A stretch of 63,202 nucleotides of DNA, filler included, from Choristocarpus tenellus KU-1152 (Eukaryota; Protista; Phaeophyceae): NCBI GenBank assembly GCA_964200185.2. It is 13 parts of 13 records of this genome, joined end to end, with 100 filler letters (N's around TTAATTAATTAA, not from the genome) between each part and the next. Parts side by side here need not be neighbours in the genome. Positions count along the whole stretch, not along the records: positions 10,627 to 13,852 come from CAXNAD020021419.1; positions 13,953 to 19,862 come from CAXNAD020009444.1; positions 19,963 to 22,704 come from CAXNAD020025135.1; positions 22,805 to 34,850 come from CAXNAD020002010.1; 9 more parts are not named here. One strand, 5' to 3'. Below the pieces are notes generated by a model. The model had not been told where the DNA came from and searched no databases. It worked only from the letters and a program-made list of their open reading frames with translations. The position numbers were made by a program, and so were the translations under genes. Positions 13,011 through 24,600 of this stretch are shown here, piece by piece. Within the stretch, counting starts at the first letter, position 1, and each line of letters begins with the position of its first letter.

Positions 13011-13613
13011 TAAAATGTAAAGGGAAGCGAAACATCAAAACTATAGTTGTGAATAGTAGGAATTGAACTGGTCTGCTTCGATTAAATCGCAGTTTAATCG
13101 AAACCCAAAATCTTGGAACCGATTATTCGTTTTTTTATTTTTTCCGTCGAAGTATATTAGTTGGACGAGAGGACAATTTCAGCTAAATAAACAACCGCAC
13201 AACATCATAAACATATTTAGGACTGCATAATAAGTCACGATGTCCCCAAGTATTCAGTGAGGGTGGATACTTACGTGAGTATGGTGTCGACCCATCGTTA
13301 GGATATCCCTTATGTGTGTGGAGAACGATGGGGAGGAAGGTGAAGGGGTAGGTGAAGACGCAGAATCTGCCTTGAAGGCACAGACAGTGAGTCATCAATA
13401 GTTAAGTTGGGTCGTTTCTGGAGGAGGAAGCCCGCCATATCACGACCCACTGCTGCATAGATCTATGTTTGGGAGTGTGTTGCTGGTATGGCATTCAACA
13501 GGGAGAGGGTGCTAACACGATTATATTTTATTTCGTTTTCCACTTGGTACAGGGAGGGATACTGCCCAGTACTCTGAAGGAAAGAAAAAGGTGGACCAGA
13601 TGATTTAAGTGGA

Positions 13614-13852
13614 GACCCGAAGTATCTTAGAGGGTAGAGTCGCGTCCATTTGGGGGTCAAAACCCAATGTTGCGATTTTGATGTAATTTTGGCCGTCGAG
13701 TTTATTGGGAAGTGTCAATATCCATGTTCTGAACACACCTTTTCATCGTGTATACACTTTACCTACTCCTAACATTTTGGAGAAGGAAAATGTCATCAAA
13801 GAACCAATAGGAAGCCAAGCCCCAAATGGACAAACAGGGCAAAACTCGTACC
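13614..13852 (+). mobile_element. MITE family A copy, right end cut by contig end
   Basis: GACCCGAAGTATCTTAGAGGGTA left TIR; body colinear with 57082-57337. Confidence 0.9.
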
Positions 13853-16369
13853 NNNNNNNNNNNNNNNNNNNNNNNNNNNNNNNNNNNNNNNNNNNNTTAA
13901 TTAATTAANNNNNNNNNNNNNNNNNNNNNNNNNNNNNNNNNNNNNNNNNNNNTTTTTTTTTTTTTCTACGGTTTTCCCCGAAACCCCCCCCCCCCCCCCC
14001 CACACACACACACATACATACCGCGTTGGCGTGGTAATAACGATGCCTCATCCTCGCTGGCTGGGTGCATAATATTTTCCGTTTTCTGCCCATCGCGAAG
14101 GTGGGCGTTACTACCCCGGCGAAAACAACTCTACGAAACTGGCAGCAAGGCATAAAGTCCCTTCAACCAGAGTCCTTCGAGATACTGAAAGAAGTGTGTG
14201 AGACCTCGTCACCACAGGTTGAGCACAACACAGTCACACTAAACTATCTGAGCCGCGAGGAGTTTGCCGGCTTCACTTCTCTCAAGCAGGGGCTATGTAT
14301 CCATCTGCTTTCTAGGCAAGTCAAAACGCCACTGTGTTTTATCGTGTAGACAGCAGTAAGCGCAATTAGTGCAGGTCGCTGCACATTGCACAGGAACGTT
14401 AAATAAGTGTCTCCTGCGATGAAGAATGTAGTCGGGCATTGTTGTGTCGAACGAAAAACCCTTCTTGGTATTCTGGTAATTCTACAGTGTGTGTTTCCTG
14501 TGTATGTGCGCTCTTGTCTTTTATGAAGTACGACAATCGATCCATGAATATTTGCTGCAGTGGCGACCTTTTCCTCGTCATAACCTGCACATCATTCTCG
14601 TTGACGTCCTTCATGGCCATTCTCTTTTAGCAGGTACAAGTCGTTCTACGGCAAGGTTCCTACGGCGAGGGACTACAAGGATATCGAATCGGATGCGCAC
14701 ATGTCTGAGATGGTTGTCTCGCGCACCAGGCAGATTGTGCCCAAGGAGAAGTGGACACCAGAGCTCCAAAGGCTGGAAAATGGTGCAGTTGCAGCGGTTA
14801 TCTTCTTTTGCCTTTTCTGTATCTCCTGTGCACCCATACGTCACCCTGCGCCCCTCAATTGTAAAATACACCGTCAGCGTCTTTTTCTGCACCGCACTTA
14901 TTGATTGTTGCAAACCGTTCTGAATTCTGGACGTTACGTGAATGATGCACGGGCTGCCAGGGAAATGGACAGGCTCGCATACGAGAAGTGCAGTATGCAC
15001 AACGTCTGGGTCTAGCCCCACTACGAGGAGATGAAGAGGGAGGTGGCCCAACTCCTGCAGAAGGTTTCATCTGGCGACCAACAGGCGGGGCCCGTCCACC
15101 AGCTGAGGGCAAACATCTCCGCAGTAGTCGGAATGAAACCTCTGCAACGGATCAGAGCCGTGAGTGTGCCTCCTGTGTTCGTAATTACAGCTGAAATGTC
15201 TTGTACCAAAAAAAATAGTTGATGCTTGATAGGATTGGTGGTGGGTCTTCGTCATCATCATGAACTACAGAGTTGCCTTCCCTACAACAAACGTTGCTGT
15301 TTTGTCAGTTCTAGTGTTTCGTTGCTAATAGTGGGAATAGCCAATCGTTTCCTTCAACTGTAGACAACGATCTTGGTCAATCTCCGCCTTGTTTCTGCCT
15401 CCAACACGCGTCACTGAAAAAACCAACATACAGACTGGCGTCCTCGACATGTACTTCTTTCAAACTATTTCGCCCTGCAAGCCGCCTCCATTAAACACGT
15501 TCACCACGTCAACCGTATCATTTGCTCTGTTCGATTGACATGCTTTCGTACTTCCATTACACTCTCCATTTTTAACGTCACCATCGTCCCCTCCTCTCCT
15601 CAACAACGTCCTCCGCTGTGTCCACCACCAGATTCTCGAGAAGGACTCGACTCTACGCGATTACCTCACCACCTGGGATGGGAAATACCAGGGTGTACTC
15701 AACCAGGTCAACCTCCACCAGGTTCACAGCGGGCAGGGCTGTAATGGCGGCGGTGCAGAAGTTGAGAGCAACAACGGATCGGCATCAGATGGCCGTGAGA
15801 AAGAAGGCAAGGGAGGGCGTGAATACCAAGGAGGGGATGGAGACGTGGAGGGGACGAACGCAAAGGAGGGGACGAAGACGAGGGAGGGAAAGGACTGCCA
15901 GACAGGGAGGATACGGGCGAGATGGGTTCTGTCGGCAGTGTTCCTGGTGCGGAAGAAGAACAAAACGGCCATGGAGGGTGGAACGCGGGCGTTTGCTGTA
16001 CTGAATGCAATCCTCTACCTACGTCTCGGTAAGTAATGTAGTTGTAACGGTGCACACAAGGATGGAGGGTAATTAATGGCGTAAGATTGGTTTCCATCCA
16101 ATCCCCCGAACGGATAGATACGTTGTATCTTTTCAGCGGAGCACGCCATTGAACCGGTGGTGTGTTGCGGGGTCCCTCTGTGTGTGGCGCTGTGGTCGCT
16201 ACCCCCAAGTCTCTTTATTTGCCACAGTCCGATTGTGTGTTAATGCATGCACATCACCGACTGTTGTTCTCACCTGTACTACTTCGTGCTATTTTGCGCC
16301 GCGAATTTCGTGGTCCTTCGTAACTGTGGATCCCCGTGTTGCGTTGTTGCGCCCAATTAATGATCTGGA

Positions 16370-16525
16370 AAAATACTATCCTGTCTGTTTAACGCTCTGG
16401 TTCGATGACACGTGCGACAGGTATTCATGCCCAAACTGCTCCATTACGCATATGGGTGAATGTTCCTACGTGGAGATTGTAGGCGACGAGAGGCACAAGG
16501 ATCGATTATGTATCAATTGCCCCAT
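16370..16525 (+). other. PHD-like Cys/His zinc finger
   Basis: YYPVC...TCDRYSCPNCSITHMGEC...DRLCINC: CxxC, HxxxC and CxxC ligand groups. Copy 1 has CPQCSITHMGEC. Followed by a GRGRGRGRGKGKGK basic stretch. Confidence 0.5.
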
Positions 16526-17082
16526 GGCACAGGAGGGCAGTGAAGGGTCTGGATCGGTGGGGAATGAAGCGGCGGGTCGGGGCAGGGGCAGGGGCAGGGG
16601 CAAGGGCAAGGGTAAGGCTCACGCAAGGAGCGCGGGCGGGTCACCCACGAGGCAAGGCCTTTTACGTCCCCCCCCACGCAGCGAAACGGCGGACATGGAG
16701 AAGTGCATGTGGGTCTCGGTGTGGTTGCACAATATACGGACATACAATTCGTCTCTGCGTGTTTGGTTTTGCGTTGGTTTTCACGTAGGTCTTGGCTGCT
16801 TGTACATCATGTGGATTGCTCGTCCTTTGTGCCTTGGATGTGTCGTTTTTTTGGAGGTTTCCATGTGCCATGGAACTTAGTGTTTCGACGTCTACCCTCC
16901 TTACACGAGATGTATCTAATGGGTCTGGCGTTGTGGAGGGTACGGCTTGACATGTTGGGGATGCCGTGGAAATATTGTCAGGACCTCACTTAATGATAGG
17001 ATTGCCTGCACCGTAGCTTACAATGCTGTCCTTCTTGTCGTGCTGTCTGTCTACTGTGTCATGTGTCATGATGTCCAAGCAG

Positions 17083-18619
17083 GAGTGAGAACACTGCACT
17101 ACACGACCTTCACCCTCTCGACCCTACGGTACCCTTAGACCACATGAAAGAGTTTGCCTTCCGCAATGCGCCAAAGCTCGCCATAGTGTCCATTGCCGCC
17201 GAGCCAAGACTCCTCAACGACGAAGAGGCGACCAAACACTCTTGCGTCAGGTGCTTAAGTGCTTGCACGTGAAGATGCATCCTCAGGGCACCATCGCGCT
17301 CATTGTACCCCACCTGTGGATGGCGCAGTTACACCGCCTAGGCGGTGAGTTGCAGCGCAAGCGCTGGAATACGGGGTATATTGCGGGAGACTGTTGCGAT
17401 CCGCCATGGCCGTTATCATTCCGTCTGTGTGCCCATCGAATATTGTGCGGCCGTTCAGGAGATGCTGATTAGGTCGTGTGTCTTTCTTTTTCACTTTCCC
17501 CATGTTGTTTCATGTCCTTCGTACCTTCTAAGATACTTTCACTCTTTTGTGTCTCTTGCTCTTTCCCCTGGGTCCTTCGTAGTTTTTGTTTCATTGTACG
17601 CGAATCGCATGCTGGTGTTACTTGTCTTCACTACATTATTTTTGCCATATTTACTTCTATTATTACTTAATTTCCTATAGTTAGCATTTTTTGCATTTGT
17701 TATTTGCATTGCGTTCCACACTCATTGTACTATTATAATGTCAGTGGTATGAGATTTCATGAATCCCTACGATAACTACTTGTGTGATGTCACTGTCTTG
17801 TTTGACGAATGCCGGACCCACGCGCTCGCTCCCGCCGTCTATTCATTCAGGGGCTCTTATGGCGTCAAAAGTGGGCTTGATTGTGGAGGATCACCCCCAA
17901 ACCCTATTATACAAGACGAGGGGGGGGGGGCACCCTCAATCAGGCACTGATAACCATCTCAGATGTTGTCAGGATATTATTATTCTCGAGCACAACGATG
18001 GGACAATGTTCACATGCAACAAGCGAGTAACCGTCGACGACATCTTGGCCACGGGCGTGATGCATCTCCTCCGGTACTCCAAATCATGTTGGACGTCGAG
18101 TACGAAGGTGCTGCAACGGACATCCCCATGAGGGCCCTCAACTTCCTCGTTAACAGGTTCGTTAATAATGTCACACACACCCTTCTTCACAAAAGAAGCG
18201 ACCTTTTTTGTATAGGTGTAGGAGATCGTTAAACAGTAACACAACGGACTGGATGACGGTTCAGGGGCGTCAAACCATCCCACGAGTGTGTTTCCCTGAA
18301 TCAGTACATTAAGCGTCAAACTGCACCAAGAGTGTGTTGCCCTGTATCAGAACGTTACTCATACATTGCGATATGATGAATCCGTGCGCAATACAATGTA
18401 CTCCTCGGAATAATTGACGAACTGCCCTCCTATGATAGGTACACGAATGCTGGGGACACCGTTGTCTCCTTCAGCACAGAGAGGCACAACGTGGTGGAGG
18501 CGGCCCATGAACGGAGCAGGAGGGTGGAGGTGTTCGTGTCCAACGCGGCGTCAAAGGACGAGGTGAAAGAGAAGATGGACACATCCTTCGGCCAAGCCTA
18601 CAAGGACGGCAAGTGGAAG
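17083..18619 (+). other. Beta-class amino (N6-A/N4-C) DNA methyltransferase-like domain, 3 exons, degenerate active-site motifs
   Basis: Spliced segments follow the N6_N4_Mtase order: KLAIVSIAAEP (position of DLIVTDPPY, motif IV), CLHVKMHPQGTIALIVP (RVLKPGGSI), GLIVEDHPQTLLYK...HLRCCQDIIIL (GF..IIWxK...HExIL), IPMRALNFLVNRYTNAGDTVVSFSTERHNVVEAAHERSRRVEVF (KPxxLLxxLIxxYTNxGDxVLDPFxGSGTTxxAAxxxxRxFIGIE). By-eye alignment to the family consensus. Confidence 0.65.
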
Positions 18620-21263
18620 GTAAGAAGGGTGTGCTGTCTTTTTTTCCCATTGCTTTCCAACTTGTTGTCTGTCTTCGTTCCCTATGGATAGGTCTCGGGC
18701 GTGCGATTGTCCTAGTGATGTTTCCTTGCCATGGTTTACGCGTTGCTAACAGGGTGCACCCTACTACCCACACCACCGCTCGAAATTGCGAGTCTCCAAG
18801 ACTTTGTGTGTGAGCGTCGGTACGTCGTAATGTCCTCCTTCCCCACACAAACAAAAAAAAAACGTGCTGCAGTACACCACAACATCTTTAACCAAAGCTG
18901 GAATAAACCCTACATATGTGACAAAACCTTATCGCATGGCTAACCCACTTCACTGCCACATTGTTGGGCTGTCACATGTACGCACATGATGTTGCAGGTA
19001 TCCACGTCTCTCATTCAAGAACGTGTGATAGACCCTTCCTGCCTGCCGGAAGCCTTGGGGCAGACCCTCGTCCCAACGGAGATGTAGGATGTTTTGCTGA
19101 GGCCGTCAATCCTCAGGGAAAGGCAATGGGACGCGATGAGGCGACCATTTTCGTTGCGAAGACAGTGGCGACGGGCTTCAGCTACCAGATCGAGGTGAAT
19201 GTGGTATAGAATGCACTAAGTTACATATTTTGTGAAGAATGAACGGCAGAGTATAGTTACCGGCACGCATATAACCTTTTTTTTTTATTCCCGATTCCTA
19301 ACCTACCTAATGCGGCACCCAAATACGTCGCGTAGAAAACTATGGGTCTTGCAGGTAAGTATTGGATCGGTAGTGTGTTCAACTTTTTGCCACAACAAGG
19401 TTGACGTTTTTGCACCACCTTCGGACGAGATTACCTCCAATCACGAACATTCATGAATCACCGAACTCTGGCCCCCTCCCCAACACCCCTCGACCCCACC
19501 CAACCCCACCGCCGTCTTTGTCTTCCACAATACTCAGCCGCGTGCAAGCTCGTCCTCGAATCCAGCGGAAATGGCCTTATTCCCGCTTGAAGGGAAAGAC
19601 TACAAAGTCGGCGGAAATGATCTCCCTGCGTGGGGTGATCTCGAAGTGTGCAACTCTTGATCAGAGGCCTTCAGTTCGATCTCTCTTGAAGAACAAGAAG
19701 AACAGTACATTCGTCTGCTTCATGTGGCCAACAACAGACAGCTCAAACGCATGCTTTAACCTGGAATGGAGGTGTGTGGGCCGGGCGCAGCGCTCTACTT
19801 GCGCGTGGCAGCCACTTGCCCTCTCTACTACATGCGTTGGACCAAGAAGGCAGACGACACCANNNNNNNNNNNNNNNNNNNNNNNNNNNNNNNNNNNNNN
19901 NNNNNNTTAATTAATTAANNNNNNNNNNNNNNNNNNNNNNNNNNNNNNNNNNNNNNNNNNNNATGTTTAAAAAAAAAAGAAGGGATTTGTCTCACAGAAA
20001 GGCTAGGAGGAGGGCGGCATTGCTTTGCCTTTTGGAGCCTCCCCCCACTTCCACAAATCGCTTTCCAAGTTGCTACCAAACTCGCGTTAACTTTTGGTCA
20101 ACTACATGAAGGGAACGGCGATCAAAACCATCCCTCCACCAATTCGACTGATGCATCACCTTAGGATCATTCATACCCCAACCAACTCGACACACTCCAT
20201 AATTTCAATTCAATTCTAAGGCCATGCCAAAAATTGCCCTTTCAGTCTTCGGGTGGTGGTATCCAACTACTCTCAACGCTTGTCCAACAATAATACACAT
20301 ACATACATACATACATACATTCATAAATACATTATATTATATTATATTATATTATATTATATATATTGGTTTAAGTAACCGTCGGATGCGAGATTTGTTG
20401 ACACGATCACATCAACCATCATTATCTTCTTTTTTTTTGTTTTTTGTTTTTGTCGACAAAGTAACGAAACAGCCGTGAGGAGGGGACCCTCTCAACTGTA
20501 GGGTTCAGTTAAAAATAAAAATAAAAAAAATAGACGAACAAAATATTTACAGTAGAGAGGCAGGCACGCTCACCGAAATATTATTTTTTTTCCTTGGGAG
20601 TGGGGTTCGAATTGGTGTAAAGGGCAAAGGGTGCACGATTTTCGGGTCGTTAGGACTAGGAATGCTACATACTACTCTTAGAGTAATATGCCTCAATTCA
20701 GCTATTGTAACACATAGTAGTAGTCTTTCCGATTGACCTTGAGGCATGTTTCAGTCCATGGTTGGAGCTCTGTTCTTGACAGCACAGTCGAGGTTAAGTC
20801 TATTATTTTCCCCATGTTGAGTAATGATGACATCATCACCCTTCAACGGCGAAAAGGGTACCATGATATCAAATACGACAGCTACCCTCTACTACTATGT
20901 TGCAAAATAGCTCCATCCGGAATTTAGAAAACTCATCCGCATATATACTCTATATGAGATGTGTCATACATATTTTGTATTAGATGTGTCAAATATATTA
21001 TATATATATCAGGTGTGCGTATCCCCTAGGTTCTAACGAATTTTGATACCTACATCAATAGCACAGTACCATCACGGCAATGAGTTGAAGTCTAAAGATT
21101 CACCCCAGTTATAGAGAGCTCCAATTGCCATATTCACCTATATATATATATATTAATATTAATATTAATCTTTACGCTGCAAGTGCACCCCAGTAAGGTA
21201 CAGGTTACGCTACCACCATGGAGACAAAAAAAAAAAAAGAACCGGAGAGTATCATCATTGTAC

Positions 21264-21299
<36 letters not shown>

Positions 21300-22441
21300 A
21301 TTATCTAGACTGTAAAGTCCCGTGGCAGGAATAGCACCCACGGGACTACCAAGGTTGCACACAGTTTTTCAGCGTCTCCATGATTGCCAACAGTCAGTTG
21401 TAGATTTCTGACGCTAGTATTGTGGTATAGACCAACAGTCGACACTTTCCCCAGTCGTAACTGTAACTGTAGCTGTAACAGTGAAACAAGGGTGGTTGTT
21501 ACCGCAGTCATACAATCGCGCTGTCTTCAACCCTAACCACAATGTTATTTTTTGCTTCGAATCGTCGCTTATGAAAAAAAAAAACCGTTGCCTTACCGAA
21601 AAAATAAAAAAAAAAATAAAAGAAAACAGAAAACAAAGGGGGGGTGCACAGGGGGCATCATCAAAGGGGTGCCTGTTCATTGTAGGTGGGAGAAGGACAC
21701 GGAAGTCTTGTGAGCAGACACAACAGCAAGCGCTTCAACCCCACGGAACCAGCCGCTAAACAGAGGCTACTCTTACTCTCACCAACTCAATAGAGCAACT
21801 AGTCCATACAAAAATATTGAGAACACAGGGAACTACTTGTCCCTTGTGATACTGCGAGGAATACGATGTCACAGTCAAATTGATTAGGGAGCAGAAAGAG
21901 GCCACTACTCCCAAACCATCTCGTCCTGAATAAGGCTAGTTTACCCTTCACTTCACCACAGTGGAGGTTTCATCAGAGTATGATGTGTGTGTGTGTTGGG
22001 CATTACGTCACACGGACACACGATACTTGCTATCATTGTCGCAAGAGGGGGGAGTGGGGTCCATTCCTATTGACCAACACAAAAAAAGAGAGAGAAAAAA
22101 GGGGTCTGCTCTGTCACCAAATCCCAACACCAAAAAATGCTTTCGCTTTTGCAGCTGGTTGATACCAATGAGACATTGCCCAAGTCAAACATTTTAGAAA
22201 CGTGCGCACACAACAAAAAAAAATAATACATGCATAATATGTGCACACACATACACACACACATACATACATACATACATAATATGCACACACACACACA
22301 TACATACATATATGTATTATATTCTTTTCACAAGAACAGTCCTGGTGTCCGTCATTTGCAAGGCAATAATAGTACAAGGGCAACAACCAACCACAACACT
22401 GTGCACCACCAACCAACAGAGATTTTCCACCACCATCCCAC

Positions 22442-22570
22442 CTGTAGTGCTCCATCAGCAAGGGCAGAATAACCCTAACCCTCTCCCGATTACGCAGGGC
22501 AATTTCCACGATGAGCACCTCCGCAAACGCCAGCGAAGCTCCAGAAACCACAGGTAGTGCTTTTCCTGGC
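22442..22570 (-). CDS. Internal exon of GBF1/GNOM-type Sec7 ARF-GEF
   Basis: AG/GT-bounded 129-bp exon encoding SLAFAEVLIVEIALRNRERVRVILPLLMEHY, matching the conserved (L)xNRDR motif C-terminal to the Sec7 domain. Confidence 0.7.
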
Positions 22571-22804
22571 CTGGTGCAATGTGTGTATGTATAGTATATA
22601 TTTGTGTCAAGCACTGTTTTTTTTTCTTAATCTAGGGATTTTGAGTACTTTGGGGATGGGTTGAGCACAGGAAGGAGGGAGGGAGGGAGGGAGGGGGGGG
22701 GGGGNNNNNNNNNNNNNNNNNNNNNNNNNNNNNNNNNNNNNNNNNNNNTTAATTAATTAANNNNNNNNNNNNNNNNNNNNNNNNNNNNNNNNNNNNNNNN
22801 NNNN

Positions 22805-22877
22805 AAAAATACATGGGAAGCCAAGCCCCAAATGGACAAACAGGGCAAAATTCGTACCCTCTAAGATACTTTCACTC
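22805..22877 (+). mobile_element. MITE family A right end
   Basis: CCAAATGGACAAACAGGGCAAAATTCGTACCCTCTAAGATACTTTCACTC matches the family right terminus. Confidence 0.88.
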
Positions 22878-24071
22878 TGGTATGTCGCAATGCCGGTCTT
22901 TGGTGTAGTTGTTTAGATCTGAGCTATTCCCCGCTACTATGGTGGGTAGAATGACCCTCGGGGAGAGTGCCCTAAATTGGTTTACTACTGCACCCTGAGC
23001 TCTGAGGGTCTATAGACTCTAGGAGTGGCTTTAAAAGGCTACTCTACTGTACGATATCAACACAATATGCCTATCATTGTTTTCTACTACTACCAAGACT
23101 TCAACGAATACAGCACTACAATTCTTTCTAGGGCAATAACATGTTAGTACCCCAGTTCGGCATGACTTCATTCAATCTTGGGTATCCATCAGTCCCTCCC
23201 CTCCTTACCGCAAGAGTCATCATTACATTTGTACTATATCAAATACCTGTGAAAACATGCAATAAAGGGCGAAAGGCTTGGAATCTTACATCCTTTTATT
23301 AAGCACAGTACTAGTGGGTTGAATGACCTCATTTTGAATATGAGGATGGTTGTTAAGCACATACACTTCACAGAAAACCAATTAGTATAAAAACAACTGC
23401 AATAGGTACAACGTCCTCTTACTGTTGTCAGTCGTTTGTATGAAAATGAACCACCATTATCCGATTACTAGCGAGTCAAAGCAGGAGACAGAGTACATAA
23501 TCAGCACATAATCTCTATCCCCGAATCATGTCTTACTGATTGATCCAAGGTATCATCACATTCTCGAAAACATTCCTCCCAACTATAACCCCTGCCCGTT
23601 CACCAAAAGGCATACTTCAAAGCACATTGATTTTGCTGCACCCTTCTTTTGGTCTGTATTCAAAAGTGGCAGTCATGCTTGATTGTACCATGTTAGTGTT
23701 CAACAGGGACTAGAAAACAATAATCTACTACTGGAGGTGCTTTGAGTACTCAGCAGTGCTGTAATATGGCAACATTCAAATTCTCATAGTGTGTCACATG
23801 GAGATCCAAAACACAGAGACTACAACGCAGTTCCAAGGCAAAGCAGTAAGCACCAATCTCTCTACAGCACAATCTTCACACATCACACCAGCGTGCATGC
23901 AACAATATGACCACACACCCAAGATTGCATCATATATCCAATCTCTGTATAACAGACATCACACTTTGGTCCCGGAGATCTGGTCAGCATTGCCAAGTTT
24001 TACTTCGTGCCACCTACCAATTGGTTGAACACTGATATGTCCACCCGTCTCCCTAACCCAGCAGAACTCAC

Positions 24072-24600
24072 CTTGCCAACATCAGAAGCCTCTAAAAAGA
24101 AATTTGCACCCAGGTCAGGGAGTGACACCTCCTCCTCATCTATGAGAGAGACCATCCCCACTCCTGCCAGCACTAAGTTCTTGGCTGCTTCCACCCCAAG
24201 ACCCCTAAATATTTCAAAAACACAGCAAGATATGTTGTGATAAAGATGTGGAGATGGAGCAGGGGACGACTGGAAGATCAATAATCACTATTGACATCGA
24301 ATATGAAATGATACTGGGGATTAATGTAGAGATCCAGAGCAGTATAGATTAGGGGAGCTGTTGCAAAGTTTTTTGTAGTCTTCAAGATTGTCTGCGATTG
24401 CCTACTGTCTTCAGATGCCGTATGAAGGGGAAGATTCATAAATTAGGTACTGTGATTTGCACAGGGCACAGGGGACTTTGAGGCTAAGTGATAGGTGATG
24501 CATACACAACTGGGACGGATTCATTGGAGGGGAAGGAACAAAGAAGGTTCACCTGAGACCAACAATGAGAACCTTCAAGTTGAGAATCTTGGACACAGTT
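24072..24600 (-). CDS. UBA1: Ubiquitin-activating enzyme E1 (UBA1-like), two internal exons (24600-24553, 24204-24072)
   Basis: Spliced ETVSKILNLKVLIVGLR|GLGVEAAKNLVLAGVGMVSLIDEEEVSLPDLGANFFLEASDVGK = ThiF/E1 N-terminal adenylation-domain signature; canonical splice sites. A related E1 subunit is not excluded. Confidence 0.85.

Larger units (their letters stand above)
14101..19862 (+). pseudogene. Copy 2 of multi-exon PHD-like + N6/N4-MTase-like + SET-like gene (decayed, cut by contig ends)
   Basis: Exons: 14101-14315 (GC-AG donor gcaagt), 14634-14782, ~14930-15123 (in-frame TAG), ~15595-16028, ~16330-16702 (Zn finger), 17083-17344, 17851-18156, 18439-18619, 18998-19194, 19538-19862. Reading frame is kept across the splice junctions I checked (e.g. 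NFLVNR|YTNAGD, YQIE|PRASS). Several frameshifts and stops (TGA ~19658, TAA ~19757). Confidence 0.75.

Noticed and set aside
898-19862. Contigs 1 and 4 as arms of a giant inverted repeat
   Set aside because: They are on separate, arbitrarily ordered and oriented contigs; the inversion is not meaningful.
24348-24370. Copia-like PPT followed by TGTT
   Set aside because: No LTR pair or pol remnants.
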